Of a DNA stretch of 64,000 bases, positions 36,101 through 42,400 are shown in pieces. Both the position numbers and the translations under genes were made by a program. Positions within the stretch are counted from its first letter, which is position 1, and each line of letters begins with the position of its first letter. This DNA is from Bacillota bacterium. Lineage in GTDB: Bacteria > Bacillota > Clostridia > Christensenellales > UBA1242. The DNA is taken from contig WRBV01000001.1 in NCBI GenBank assembly GCA_009784375.1, forward strand, positions 97,445-161,444. Direction: 5' to 3'. The notes under the pieces were generated by a model that was not told where the DNA came from, made no database searches, and saw only the letters and a list, made by a program, of their open reading frames with translations.

Positions 36101-38036
36101 TGTCCACGAAATAACAATAAGAGTTTTTGTGCCAATAAGCATTCCAGTCTTGACGTACACAACCGCTGGACAGATGAATGGATATAGAGAATTTAATGTA
36201 GACAGGATGAGATGGTGCTCAAACGAAAATAAATATGTTTATAACCAATTTATATTCAATTTCCAAACAAATGGCGGAAGATATTCGTCCCATCCATTAT
36301 TGTCTGTTGATGATATAAGGGCAAATAAAGAACTAAGGTCTGCTCCAGAGTCAACTTATATACAAACTGGAAATAACAAACCGCTTGTAATTAACTTTAT
36401 GGATGTATACACGGCAGGGACTAGGTTTACCGTCAACCTTATAAACCCTGACAATAATCAAGTAGTATTCTGGTTTGTGCTTGTAATCAATCCTTTGAAC
36501 ACCCAGCACGGCATCAATTTTGTGAACTATCAAATAAGTGACCAAAACAATCGCACCTTTAACGACTTAAATCCAAGTACACGTGTTATTAACGACCTTA
36601 TGGCTGGGAACTCTGTGGAAGTCATATTTGGTAACAGGGGCTTTGGTGCTGGGATAACGAATGGGGCAAGTTTAAGAGTTACCGCTGGAAGTGATGTGTC
36701 AATCGGAAGTATCATTGACGGTAACAGGATACGTATCAATCCAGACGCAAGAGACGGCGATATATTCAGATTCAGAATAGTTTACGAAGACGGGAAAGAC
36801 CAGTTCGACCAAGAATTCACAATACGTGTATTTAGAAGAATTGCTCCTAGCTTTACGATTAATTTCAGAGAAGGTAATGTTGATGCAAGATTTATAGAAG
36901 ATACTACAGTCAGTCTGAGTCACAGGTTCAGAGATCCTGGATATAGACATAGCCTAAGATTCGAGGCAATTCCTCGCCCAGTACTAGTTAACACAGGCTC
37001 AATGTTCTTTCCGAATTGGCAGATTGTAGACAGATTTGATTTTCACATTAATGGTCAGAACATGGTCTTTGATGATGTGAACACAACACAAAGATATCAT
37101 CGTGTCAGAGTTTTCTATATACAACATTACAATGGTCTGACCTTTGAGCACAATCATGTGGAATCAAGGGAACAAACATTAACCCGCAGGTTTATAAGAA
37201 CGCAAGCCCAGTTAAGTGCAATTAGACAAGATCCAAGAAATAATGAAGGGGCATTCCATATGAGAAACCCACAGCCAATAATTCTTAGTGGATATTGGAC
37301 ACCAATACCAGAATTTGGTGCAAGACTATATGGGCACGGCAGCCGCATCTATAACATGACAATATCTATCCCTAATACAAACTTCGCAACGGAACATCGT
37401 TTTGGGCTCTTTGAAAGACTGATTGCTGGTGCAATGATTAATAACCTTCACTTACCAAATGTGAATATAACTACAGCGGGTTTCAGACATGGTGGATCAC
37501 ATGTGCAAGTAGGAAGTTTCGCGGGTGTTGTTGATTCTGGTGCACAAATTCTTAATTCTGGTGCAAGTGGATGGATTGACATTGATAGAATGCATTCAAA
37601 TGTTGGAGGTATAGTAGGCAGCAACTTTGGTACGGTAAGAAATAATAATAACTGGGTAACTGTTAGAGGCGTGGGAGCCCTGGGTGGAATTGCAGGTGGC
37701 AATAACTCAACAGGAAGACTAGAAAGTAATAACAATCACGGACTTGTGTCTTATCATTATCGGGCTGGACAACCAAGAAGTGTTGGTGGAATTGTAGGAT
37801 GGAATTCAAGAGGTGGAGTTATTACTCATAATCTTCAATTTGGAATGGTAGAGGCAAGGAATACTGTTCAAAGTCAAGTTCGCATTGGTACAATTATCGG
37901 TCATAACGAAGGTGCCTTCAGTATGACCAACAGCCCTGTCGGTCTTGGTGGTTATACAATATATTGGAGAGGTACCGATAACACCAGATTTATTTACGCT
38001 TATTTCCACGGCAGAGTGGGCAGGCAGGTAAATTAA
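30198..38036 (+). CDS. Giant (2612 aa) N-terminally anchored surface protein: beta-rich N-domain, about 11-12 tandem Ig-like (BIG2-type) modules, C-terminal GLUG-motif domain
   Basis: One uninterrupted 7.8-kb ORF with a signal-anchor (QASVAISLMLVLVCSAVLIPIF). Modules of about 90 aa repeat, each with ...G.t..L...i.P.nAtf..v.F.v... (for example VGQTRHLVTQIFPLNASFPNANFEVES). The C-terminus has spaced VGSFAGVV/VGGIVGSN/LGGIAGGN/VGGIVGWN GLUG-type motifs. There is no LPXTG. Confidence 0.85.
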   Translation: MENKKSNSKKQWSFRQASVAISLMLVLVCSAVLIPIFTLRANTPGGKDDDPVIQPALDQQTSESTQMLRDMPMDLYFDITSIAIITNENIRDFVRVVDIRESAIDVSIEQRNGYFRVNPPTELYLPGETYFIELQNARFRDERLRNQNAVKFTISGEERKDIIFNDKVLEVNEQYVQSFDEETGILVIIENGITYNVGDIIMVPTYFGGIYVDTALRILEVITHPNGDVILRTETPYMDEVFDELEIYGSFESRSEDIHFFSEEEIKQSLLEHESIQAISFAVAQMSNEQISPINSSRPRGMPSSVSLSISGVRFVPFQARGSLRVGWRFPIGRTNDFGASNYNMHVAVTLSFSIQVENYINVSADSDRYSSGTITTTTVSVSVDAYFTGALGQALLDSSARARRMMDRAYAFAAPNNMMSPDNLAEIRNTRDELQSFDDLRDWHNDRMEVHEGNVQNQLRVLDALADEYRNQQQGIGAGIVPLFILPIPVFAGVTFMITAGLVFDIDLQAGFKAEYTFTQVETNGQITTEHGTIDYQNTTTTHSVSLMLYGRLEIRIGAGIELRLTIAKIFYVSVTATGGGYLNFHGAIAAHWGNGDSNFFEGNQNALFGVCSERGQLSRHWAGTGSFEAGGFFSATITVGVRFRILFVRIDISHTIPIFERRWPITFNGEDPYVIQDLVTRNNPVGNTTLEFGRSYVMTYEEKDTAKHNTVQFNEDNGYSHQIPYLYIRSIDKGNRTVTYERVQPSRTRIETNDYVGMTDGGLLYPKNLRQFSIDELLVVYVVDTNGRRTQFSNLLRVQREPIPVETINLHVSSGTNEIRVGQTRHLVTQIFPLNASFPNANFEVESVITGGRVVRGAATMNYVRLHGSGTLAEVTALNNLNPGDTINIVATTEFDGVRSNTFTFDVVRTPVDQVHLVTQNNVTSATLGQVLPFDVITDPNGSTFAITGTHAQVTILDESLGRIERISGNRFTLTITNDANMLGRQIGIKIIVNDNGNIIERIFHLHIREIHLAGLTINNADTGEELGANTQVNQGETLRLVPILDPIDATLQTRINFLTNVTNEFVYITQSGELRIRPNAPVGFTFTVTALYGHIASKNYTFTVIAIPVEYVTISSPVAEAAPGDMFALSSDVLPASATFRQVQFEVIQGSEWAYIHHGNFLVIRNDAPLGALITVRGVADGVESNIITVTIPLRGITIGSTRNSLSTGESMRIDYQFNPSPNTISPIEFFIYSGNQFAIITREGILTIKNCVDIRNAQIVIRARNQSVYSNRVTININVPVSNVTLSSESENGRTRVGNSVALFVDIYPRFATNQEVIFEVVENPEYAFVFNGRLVVENRNVTIGARVGIIAVVDGVPSQIYRIELLPVPVIFVELVTGDLYLEYGSSYKLIANARPDNATFRDVRFEIIEGEEFGWIDGNYVRIFANAPVGSIIRIIAVADGIESEDYITVTVTRVFVTSVEIETTNNLQRVTPGSTLQFTTRIEPINASFQSLVFTLVAGIDSATITSNGWLTIRPTNYFRHGMTMITVQVSVDGRTSSISFYVYIPIDNIVLNPPVDLPERPSIDMETTFEIRPGFTIDLDETINPYFNTFEELGGFVTFYIIEGMEFATIDGNRLTINKNIQTSDAFIRVRAYTQGVWSNIIRLNIYVPVQSVVILPNTINQLMLGEYIYIFAQVNPDYATSKTMEFMFVGADGGELGYSPLSGLTINQGTGRIQVTNNRAIVNQVFHIRAFAGGVGSDKFTIKLIPRPVTNIYPTHIGNSTVNPGTTEHTFSAWVNEDATFRQLHFRILDNNNATRRTSWGTDEYTRHYFVFDVLRTADPYGRIRIEITAFDFPPRIVEFIIKPIYATAIQDVTIVRNGTTPIDTRTEFPYALGNMAMARPGETLSVSAINTDTTNSTFGYFWTDNYRLSVLPNDFTNSAVVNGNIQIRPLSQFHHLMSPSNNSFVIRVELFQGREITLVHEITIRVFVPISIPVLTYTTAGQMNGYREFNVDRMRWCSNENKYVYNQFIFNFQTNGGRYSSHPLLSVDDIRANKELRSAPESTYIQTGNNKPLVINFMDVYTAGTRFTVNLINPDNNQVVFWFVLVINPLNTQHGINFVNYQISDQNNRTFNDLNPSTRVINDLMAGNSVEVIFGNRGFGAGITNGASLRVTAGSDVSIGSIIDGNRIRINPDARDGDIFRFRIVYEDGKDQFDQEFTIRVFRRIAPSFTINFREGNVDARFIEDTTVSLSHRFRDPGYRHSLRFEAIPRPVLVNTGSMFFPNWQIVDRFDFHINGQNMVFDDVNTTQRYHRVRVFYIQHYNGLTFEHNHVESREQTLTRRFIRTQAQLSAIRQDPRNNEGAFHMRNPQPIILSGYWTPIPEFGARLYGHGSRIYNMTISIPNTNFATEHRFGLFERLIAGAMINNLHLPNVNITTAGFRHGGSHVQVGSFAGVVDSGAQILNSGASGWIDIDRMHSNVGGIVGSNFGTVRNNNNWVTVRGVGALGGIAGGNNSTGRLESNNNHGLVSYHYRAGQPRSVGGIVGWNSRGGVITHNLQFGMVEARNTVQSQVRIGTIIGHNEGAFSMTNSPVGLGGYTIYWRGTDNTRFIYAYFHGRVGRQVN
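32583..35990 (+). repeat. Protein-level tandem array of diverged Ig-like modules within the giant gene
   Basis: Recurrent (P)xNA(T/S)F plus V-x-V/I boundary motifs occur about every 85-100 codons. The nucleotide copies are too diverged to be recent duplications. Confidence 0.6.
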
Positions 38037-38043
38037 TTATAAT

Positions 38044-38073
38044 AAAAAAGCCAGCAGAAATGTTGGCTTTTTC
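38044..38073. terminator. Bidirectional rho-independent terminator
   Basis: AGCCAGCA-gaaa-TGTTGGCT (38049-38068), flanked by an A-run and a T-run, between the giant gene and the converging 38101-38445 gene. Confidence 0.75.
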
Positions 38074-38100
38074 TTTGTATGCAAAAATGTAGGGTGAGTA

Positions 38101-38445
38101 TTAAAAGTCACCATAGTATTCGATCAGTTCAGTAATTTTTTCATCTTTAAACTTGAAAAAAGATGTAGTAAAGTAGGGCTTGTTATCAACAGATGCGGTT
38201 ATTATAGAAACCCATGACCCATTTGCCAGTTCGTCTATTCGTTCGATGGAATATTTGCCATTCAAAATATCTTTATACTCCAAGCAACTTGCCGCCATTT
38301 TCTCGAGAGGTATCTCAATCATACCATCAACAGGACGGAATTTGTAAATACCGTCTTCTGCGAAATGTTGTAATATTGTGGATGTATTTTGTGTAGTTAT
38401 TGCCACGTACATGTCTTCCCAAAATTTTTCGATTAATTTCTTCAT
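38101..38445 (-). CDS. Small NTF2/SnoaL-like fold protein (114 aa)
   Basis: The size and the pattern (KFWEDMY...FAEDGIYKF....G.....W.S......F.FKDEKI) fit SnoaL-like proteins. Weak, pattern-level call. Confidence 0.45.
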   Translation of the reverse strand: MKKLIEKFWEDMYVAITTQNTSTILQHFAEDGIYKFRPVDGMIEIPLEKMAASCLEYKDILNGKYSIERIDELANGSWVSIITASVDNKPYFTTSFFKFKDEKITELIEYYGDF

Positions 38446-38460
38446 AATTTGAGTATAGCA
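38446..38460 (-). promoter_or_regulatory. Extended -10 TGcTATACT placed 6 nt before ATG 38445 (leaderless layout)
   Basis: The minus strand reads TGCTATACT, caaatt, then ATG. Confidence 0.5.
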
Positions 38461-38513
38461 TTTTTTATAAAATTATATAACTAAAAAAACGAAAAAATAA
38501 GAACTGTTCACAA

Positions 38514-38586
38514 ACCCAAACAAAAATTCCTTGCGGGCTTTTATTGGAGGCACCGGTATTCGACTTCGTCTCATGCCGAATTAAGG
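38514..38586 (-). repeat. Decayed copy of the tRNA-Cys 3' end plus its downstream terminator region
   Basis: 38514-38557 aligns with 38741-38783 (CCCAAAC..CCTTgCGGGCTTTTATTGGAGGCACCGGT) with a few mismatches and indels. It ends in AATTAAGG. Confidence 0.7.
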
Positions 38587-38627
38587 AAACATACACTTCT
38601 CCAAACGCTCTACTGCGTTTCGCTTTT

Positions 38628-38674
38628 TGGAGGCACCGGTCAGAATACTTCGCTTCGCTCCGTGGGTATTAAGG
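38628..38674 (-). repeat. Second partial copy of the tRNA-Cys 3' end (TGGAGGCACCGGTCAGAAT)
   Basis: A 19-nt exact match to 38770-38788. It then contains ATACTTCGCTTCGCTCCGT and TATTAAGG. Confidence 0.75.
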
Positions 38675-38702
38675 ATAATAAATCCAAATGTGCTCCTTCG
38701 TC

Positions 38703-38736
38703 GCACGGACCATCGAACTACGTTCGCTTCTGACGC
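38703..38736 (-). pseudogene. Degenerate tRNA-Cys T-arm/acceptor fragment carrying an internal insertion
   Basis: The minus strand reads GCGTCAG-aagcgaacgta-GTTCGAT-GGTCCGTGC, compared with GCGUCAGUUCGAUUCUGACCGGUGCC in the intact tRNA. Confidence 0.45.
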
Positions 38737-38742
38737 TGCCCC

Positions 38743-38769
38743 AAACAAAAAACCCTTACGGGCTTTTAT
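38743..38769 (-). terminator. Weak intrinsic terminator after tRNA-Cys
   Basis: The minus strand reads AAAGCCC-gtaa-GGGTTTTTTG. Confidence 0.5.
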
Positions 38770-38844
38770 TGGAGGCACCGGTCAGAATCGAACTGACGCA
38801 TACCGGTTTTGCAGACCAGCGCTTTACCACTTAGCAACGGTGCC
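38770..38844 (-). tRNA. tRNA-Cys, anticodon GCA, U73 discriminator, CCA encoded
   Basis: GGCACCG acceptor stem; anticodon arm CUGGU-CUGCAAA-ACCGG; T arm GUCAG-UUCGAUU-CUGAC; 3' end CGGUGCC-U-CCA. Confidence 0.93.
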
Positions 38845-38855
38845 GAAATATAATG

Positions 38856-38931
38856 AAGGCAAGTGCTATTTTAAATAGCTTTGCCTTAATGTGGCACGAG
38901 CAAAGCGAATACTCACTTAGCAGGCGGTGCC
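38856..38931 (-). repeat. Structured pre-tRNA-Cys leader: a copy of the tRNA 5' end (GGCACCGCCUGCUAAGUG...GUGCC) followed by a strong hairpin
   Basis: 38893-38931 (minus strand) repeats the first ~20 nt of the tRNA with minor differences (GCC in place of UU at tRNA positions 8-9) and closes as a GGCAC/GTGCC mini-helix. The hairpin spans 38856-38887. Confidence 0.6.
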
Positions 38932-38933
38932 AT

Positions 38934-38970
38934 ATCATATAATATACTCGAAAAATGATGTTAATGTCAA
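38934..38970 (-). promoter_or_regulatory. tRNA-Cys promoter TTGACA-18-TATATT
   Basis: On the minus strand the -35 is at 38970..38965 and the -10 at 38946..38941. The predicted TSS falls 2-3 nt before the GGCACCGCC element. Confidence 0.55.
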
Positions 38971-38989
38971 TGTATTTGGTATGTTACCT

Positions 38990-39024
38990 TTGACAAATTT
39001 GGAGGGTTTTGGTATCATATTTCT
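38990..39024 (+). promoter_or_regulatory. Promoter TTGACA-17-TGgTATCAT, 6 nt before ATG 39025 (leaderless layout)
   Basis: -35 at 38990-38995, -10 at 39013-39018. Confidence 0.6.
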
Positions 39025-39609
39025 ATGAACGCGAAAGAACTAAAAAAGTATAACCTTGTAATCCAAATAGGAAACACAGATCCATCAAGTCCACAAATGG
39101 TGGCATTGTTTGCTGAATTATCGGGCAACGATTTTCAAACGGCATTTGAAATGTGGGAATATGTTATGTCATTGCATGCGGACAAATTATCACGTGAACA
39201 ATTTGCGTTGAATCTTGAACGTGAAATATTTAATTCAATGATGGTGCGTAGTGAATCAAGAACAAAGCAATTGTTGGGCGAAAGCATGCCATTATTAAAA
39301 TTAATTTATAACCAAAGTGCAACATCTGCAACCGCAGGCAATCTTGCATACCTTACGTCGCTTGTTGTTGCATCAAAGCTTGATGATGCAGGCGAGATTA
39401 TGAAATTCATCGTCACAAACAAGAGTACAGACTTTGCCGAGCGTATGCGTGCAATACTCGACGATGTATTCGAAGCCTCCTGTAAAAAATCTGGTTTACG
39501 TGTACCATCGTTAAACAGAAAACAACAAATGTTCTTGCTTGAATATGCATTAAAGGTCAAGGGACCAAGCAAGAATGTACTTGCACAACGTATTAAAGAG
39601 CTTGGATAG
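39025..39609 (+). CDS. Hypothetical protein (194 aa), helical
   Basis: ORF with a consensus promoter in the leaderless layout. No family recognised. Confidence 0.55.
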   Translation: MNAKELKKYNLVIQIGNTDPSSPQMVALFAELSGNDFQTAFEMWEYVMSLHADKLSREQFALNLEREIFNSMMVRSESRTKQLLGESMPLLKLIYNQSATSATAGNLAYLTSLVVASKLDDAGEIMKFIVTNKSTDFAERMRAILDDVFEASCKKSGLRVPSLNRKQQMFLLEYALKVKGPSKNVLAQRIKELG

Positions 39610-39675
39610 GTTGCCCCGAAGTGGACAAAGCGTAACCTAAGGGGTCAAGGCGAAGCCGCAAAAAATGAGGTAAAA

Positions 39676-40833
39676 ATGGAATATATATTGCTGGCAATTA
39701 TTATAGCAGGCGTCCTTTTAAACTCTGTATTTATTTTCTTTTTGTTTCGAAAAAAAACCGATTCTGATGCCAATTCACTTAAGTGCGAAATTGAAAAAAC
39801 AATCGAATGGAACAATAAACTTGGTGATCAAATTCAAAGGAATATCTCGGATAATATAATTACGCAACGCGCTCAAATCGAAGAATTAAATCGCCGATTT
39901 GTCGAGGTGATAAACACAGTAGACAAGCGGTTATTTGAAATGAAAGAAGTTGTTGATGAAAAATTATCAAGTACTCTTGAAACTCGACTCAATCGTAGTT
40001 TCATCCAAATGAATGAACGTCTTGATACGCTGCAAAAAGGTCTTGGAGAAATGAACTCGCTTGCTGGTGGTGTTGATGACTTGAAAAAGCTTCTTGGAAA
40101 TGTTAAAACACGTGGAACATGGGGCGAAGTTCAATTAGAGGCTTTGTTATCCCAGATGTTATCACCTCAGCAATATTTAAAAGAAGTTTCCACAAAAGTG
40201 GGAAGTTCGGAACGAGTAGAGTTTGCAATAGTAATGCCAGGAAAAAGCGGTGACAGCGTATGGCTTCCGATTGATGCAAAATTTCCGATAGAAGATTACA
40301 TGCGAATCGTGGAAGCATCCGAGAGTGGTAATGTAGGATTAATCGAGGAAGCAAGCAAGCGTCTTGAAAACAACATATTACTTGAAGCAAAGAAAATTTC
40401 TGAAAAATATATAAATCCACCTACTACAACCGACTTTGCGATTATGTATTTGCCAATCGAAGGATTGTATGCAGAAGTACTTCGTCGAGGAAATGTTGCA
40501 AGTGTTATCCAACAAAAGTTCAAGGTAACAATTTGCGGACCAACGACGTTGGGTGCAATGATAAATTCATTGCAAATGGGTTTCCGCACGCTTGCGATAG
40601 AAAAACGTAGTGCCGAGGTTTGGCAAGTTCTGTCCACATTTAAAACCGAGTTTGCACGTTTCTGTGAATTACTTGAACGAACACAAAAACAAATCGGTGC
40701 GGTATCCAATACGATAGAATCGGCAACAATGAAAACAAGAACGATACAAAGAAAGTTACGCGGAGTAGAGGCACTTGAAAATGCAAAAGAAAACTTGAGC
40801 CTTCCATCCCCATCGGGGGAAGAGGTGAGTTAA
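39676..40833 (+). CDS. rmuC: DNA recombination protein RmuC
   Basis: An N-terminal TM and coiled coil, then KTRGTWGEVQLEALLSQML, EFAIVMPG and WLPIDAKFP. SD GAGGT upstream. Confidence 0.85.
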   Translation: MEYILLAIIIAGVLLNSVFIFFLFRKKTDSDANSLKCEIEKTIEWNNKLGDQIQRNISDNIITQRAQIEELNRRFVEVINTVDKRLFEMKEVVDEKLSSTLETRLNRSFIQMNERLDTLQKGLGEMNSLAGGVDDLKKLLGNVKTRGTWGEVQLEALLSQMLSPQQYLKEVSTKVGSSERVEFAIVMPGKSGDSVWLPIDAKFPIEDYMRIVEASESGNVGLIEEASKRLENNILLEAKKISEKYINPPTTTDFAIMYLPIEGLYAEVLRRGNVASVIQQKFKVTICGPTTLGAMINSLQMGFRTLAIEKRSAEVWQVLSTFKTEFARFCELLERTQKQIGAVSNTIESATMKTRTIQRKLRGVEALENAKENLSLPSPSGEEVS

Positions 40834-40876
40834 AAAGTATATAACCGAGTGCGAATGTCTTTAAAAAGATGAAAAC

Positions 40877-40915
40877 AATTACGTACTGGGTGCAGCGTCA
40901 CGCTGCAAAAGGAGG
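40877..40915 (+). promoter_or_regulatory. 5'-UTR element: AATTACGTACTGGGTG box, 6-bp hairpin (GCAGCG-UCA-CGCUGC), then SD. Copy 1, before serS
   Basis: The 16-mer at 40877-40892 is identical to 54796-54811. Hairpin at 40892-40906, GGAGG at 40911-40915, ATG at 40924. Confidence 0.55.
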
Positions 40916-40923
40916 AAATAAAA

Positions 40924-42249
40924 ATGATAGACATTAATCAATTAAAAAACAACGAACAATTTCGTGCGAGATTATTGGAACGTGCGCCCGACCTTGATGT
41001 CACCAAGGTTTTAGAACTTGATGACAATTTAAGAAAAGAAAGACAAAAGAATGAGAATCTTCGAAGCGAACGTAATGTTGGAACTGCAAAAATTGCCGAG
41101 CTCATGAAAACTGATAAAATTCGTGCAAGCAAACTTGTACTTGATATGAAAGTTGTCGGTGCAAAAATTGAATTGGGCGACAGAAAAATTGCAAAGCTTG
41201 AAAACCAAATCTTTGACATGCTTGCAAAATTCCCAAATGTTCCGTCAAGCGGTGTAGTAATGGGATACAAAGAAGCAAACAAAGTGGTTGGTTCATTTGG
41301 TAAAAAACCAGAATTCACATTTAAACCAAAAGACCATGTTGAATTGTGTACAAGCCTTGGGTTAATCGATTATGAACGCGGCACACGCATGAGCGGTTCT
41401 GGGCATTGGGTTTATATTGGGAGCGGGGCTATGCTTGAATGGGCATTGCTTAATTACTTTGTTGATTTTCATACAAAAAATGGATACAAGTTCGTTATGC
41501 CTCCACACTTGTTAAATTACGAGAGCGGATACGCAGCAGGTCAATTCCCTCGATTTATGGACGATGTGTTTTTTGTTCAACGTGGACAGGGAACAAAATT
41601 TGACCCAAAGGCTGCAAAGTTCTTGGCACCGACAAGTGAAACTGCACTTATAAATATGCACCGCGGTGAAACCATCCCAGGCGACCAAATGCCAATTAAA
41701 TATTTTGGTTACAGTCCATGTTATCGCGGCGAGCCAGGCGGATATGGTGCAAGTGAACGTGGTACAATTCGTGGGCACCAATTTAACAAGGTCGAGATGT
41801 TTATATTCTGTAACCCAGATGAGAGTACTATGTTCTTTGACGAACTTGTAAAAAATGCCGAGGAACTAATAAGTGGACTTGGGTTGCACTTTAATACGGT
41901 AGCATTGGCAGCAGGCGATATGAGTGCGGCTATGTCAAAAACATGTGACACCGAGGTATGGATACCAAGCCTTGGATACAAAGAAGTAAGTTCTATATCA
42001 AATGCAATTTGTTACCAAGCGCGCCGTGCAAATGTACGTACAAAAATTGCCCAACACGAATGCAGCGATGGTGTATGTCGAAAAGTGGTTAAAACCGATT
42101 ATGCCCATACACTTAACGCAAGTGGTCTTGCAACAAGCCGATTAATCCCAGCAATAGTCGAACAATTCCAAAACGAAGACGGTTCTGTCGACATTCCACC
42201 TGTTCTCCACAAATACATGCACGGGATCACCAAGTTGACACCACAATAA
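40924..42249 (+). CDS. serS: Serine--tRNA ligase
   Basis: An N-terminal coiled-coil arm, then FLAPTSE, RGHQFNKVEMF and TLNASGLATSR. Confidence 0.95.
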   Translation: MIDINQLKNNEQFRARLLERAPDLDVTKVLELDDNLRKERQKNENLRSERNVGTAKIAELMKTDKIRASKLVLDMKVVGAKIELGDRKIAKLENQIFDMLAKFPNVPSSGVVMGYKEANKVVGSFGKKPEFTFKPKDHVELCTSLGLIDYERGTRMSGSGHWVYIGSGAMLEWALLNYFVDFHTKNGYKFVMPPHLLNYESGYAAGQFPRFMDDVFFVQRGQGTKFDPKAAKFLAPTSETALINMHRGETIPGDQMPIKYFGYSPCYRGEPGGYGASERGTIRGHQFNKVEMFIFCNPDESTMFFDELVKNAEELISGLGLHFNTVALAAGDMSAAMSKTCDTEVWIPSLGYKEVSSISNAICYQARRANVRTKIAQHECSDGVCRKVVKTDYAHTLNASGLATSRLIPAIVEQFQNEDGSVDIPPVLHKYMHGITKLTPQ

Positions 42250-42257
42250 AAAATTAT

Positions 42258-42285
42258 GAAAAAGAGCAGAGATGCTCTTTTTTTG
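42258..42285 (+). terminator. Rho-independent terminator of serS
   Basis: AGAGCA-gaga-TGCTCT followed by TTTTTT. Confidence 0.8.
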
Positions 42286-42363
42286 TTGATGACAGTTTGT
42301 GGATTCTGTTCACAATGATGACAGGAGATACCTAGTTTGAAGTCTTGAATGTATAAGAATGAG

Positions 42364-42392
42364 CCACCTTGTCAACAATCATGACAAGGAGG
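42364..42392 (+). promoter_or_regulatory. Hairpin sequestering the SD of the LytM-domain gene
   Basis: CCaCCTTGTCA (42364-42374) pairs with TGACAAGGaGG (42382-42392) at 10 of 11 positions. The right arm contains the SD AAGGAGG, which lies 8 nt before ATG 42401. Confidence 0.5.
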
Positions 42393-42400
42393 TCAGAGTA

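Noticed and set aside
40834-40923. T-box riboswitch upstream of serS (also considered for gltX at 13991-14004 and for the 55501-55757 leader)
   Set aside because: The serS spacer is only about 90 nt and the gltX spacer is 14 nt. Neither has a Stem I/specifier architecture or the AAnnnGGGUGGUACCGCG T-box sequence. GGGTTACCGAG at 55593 lacks the UGGN bulge.
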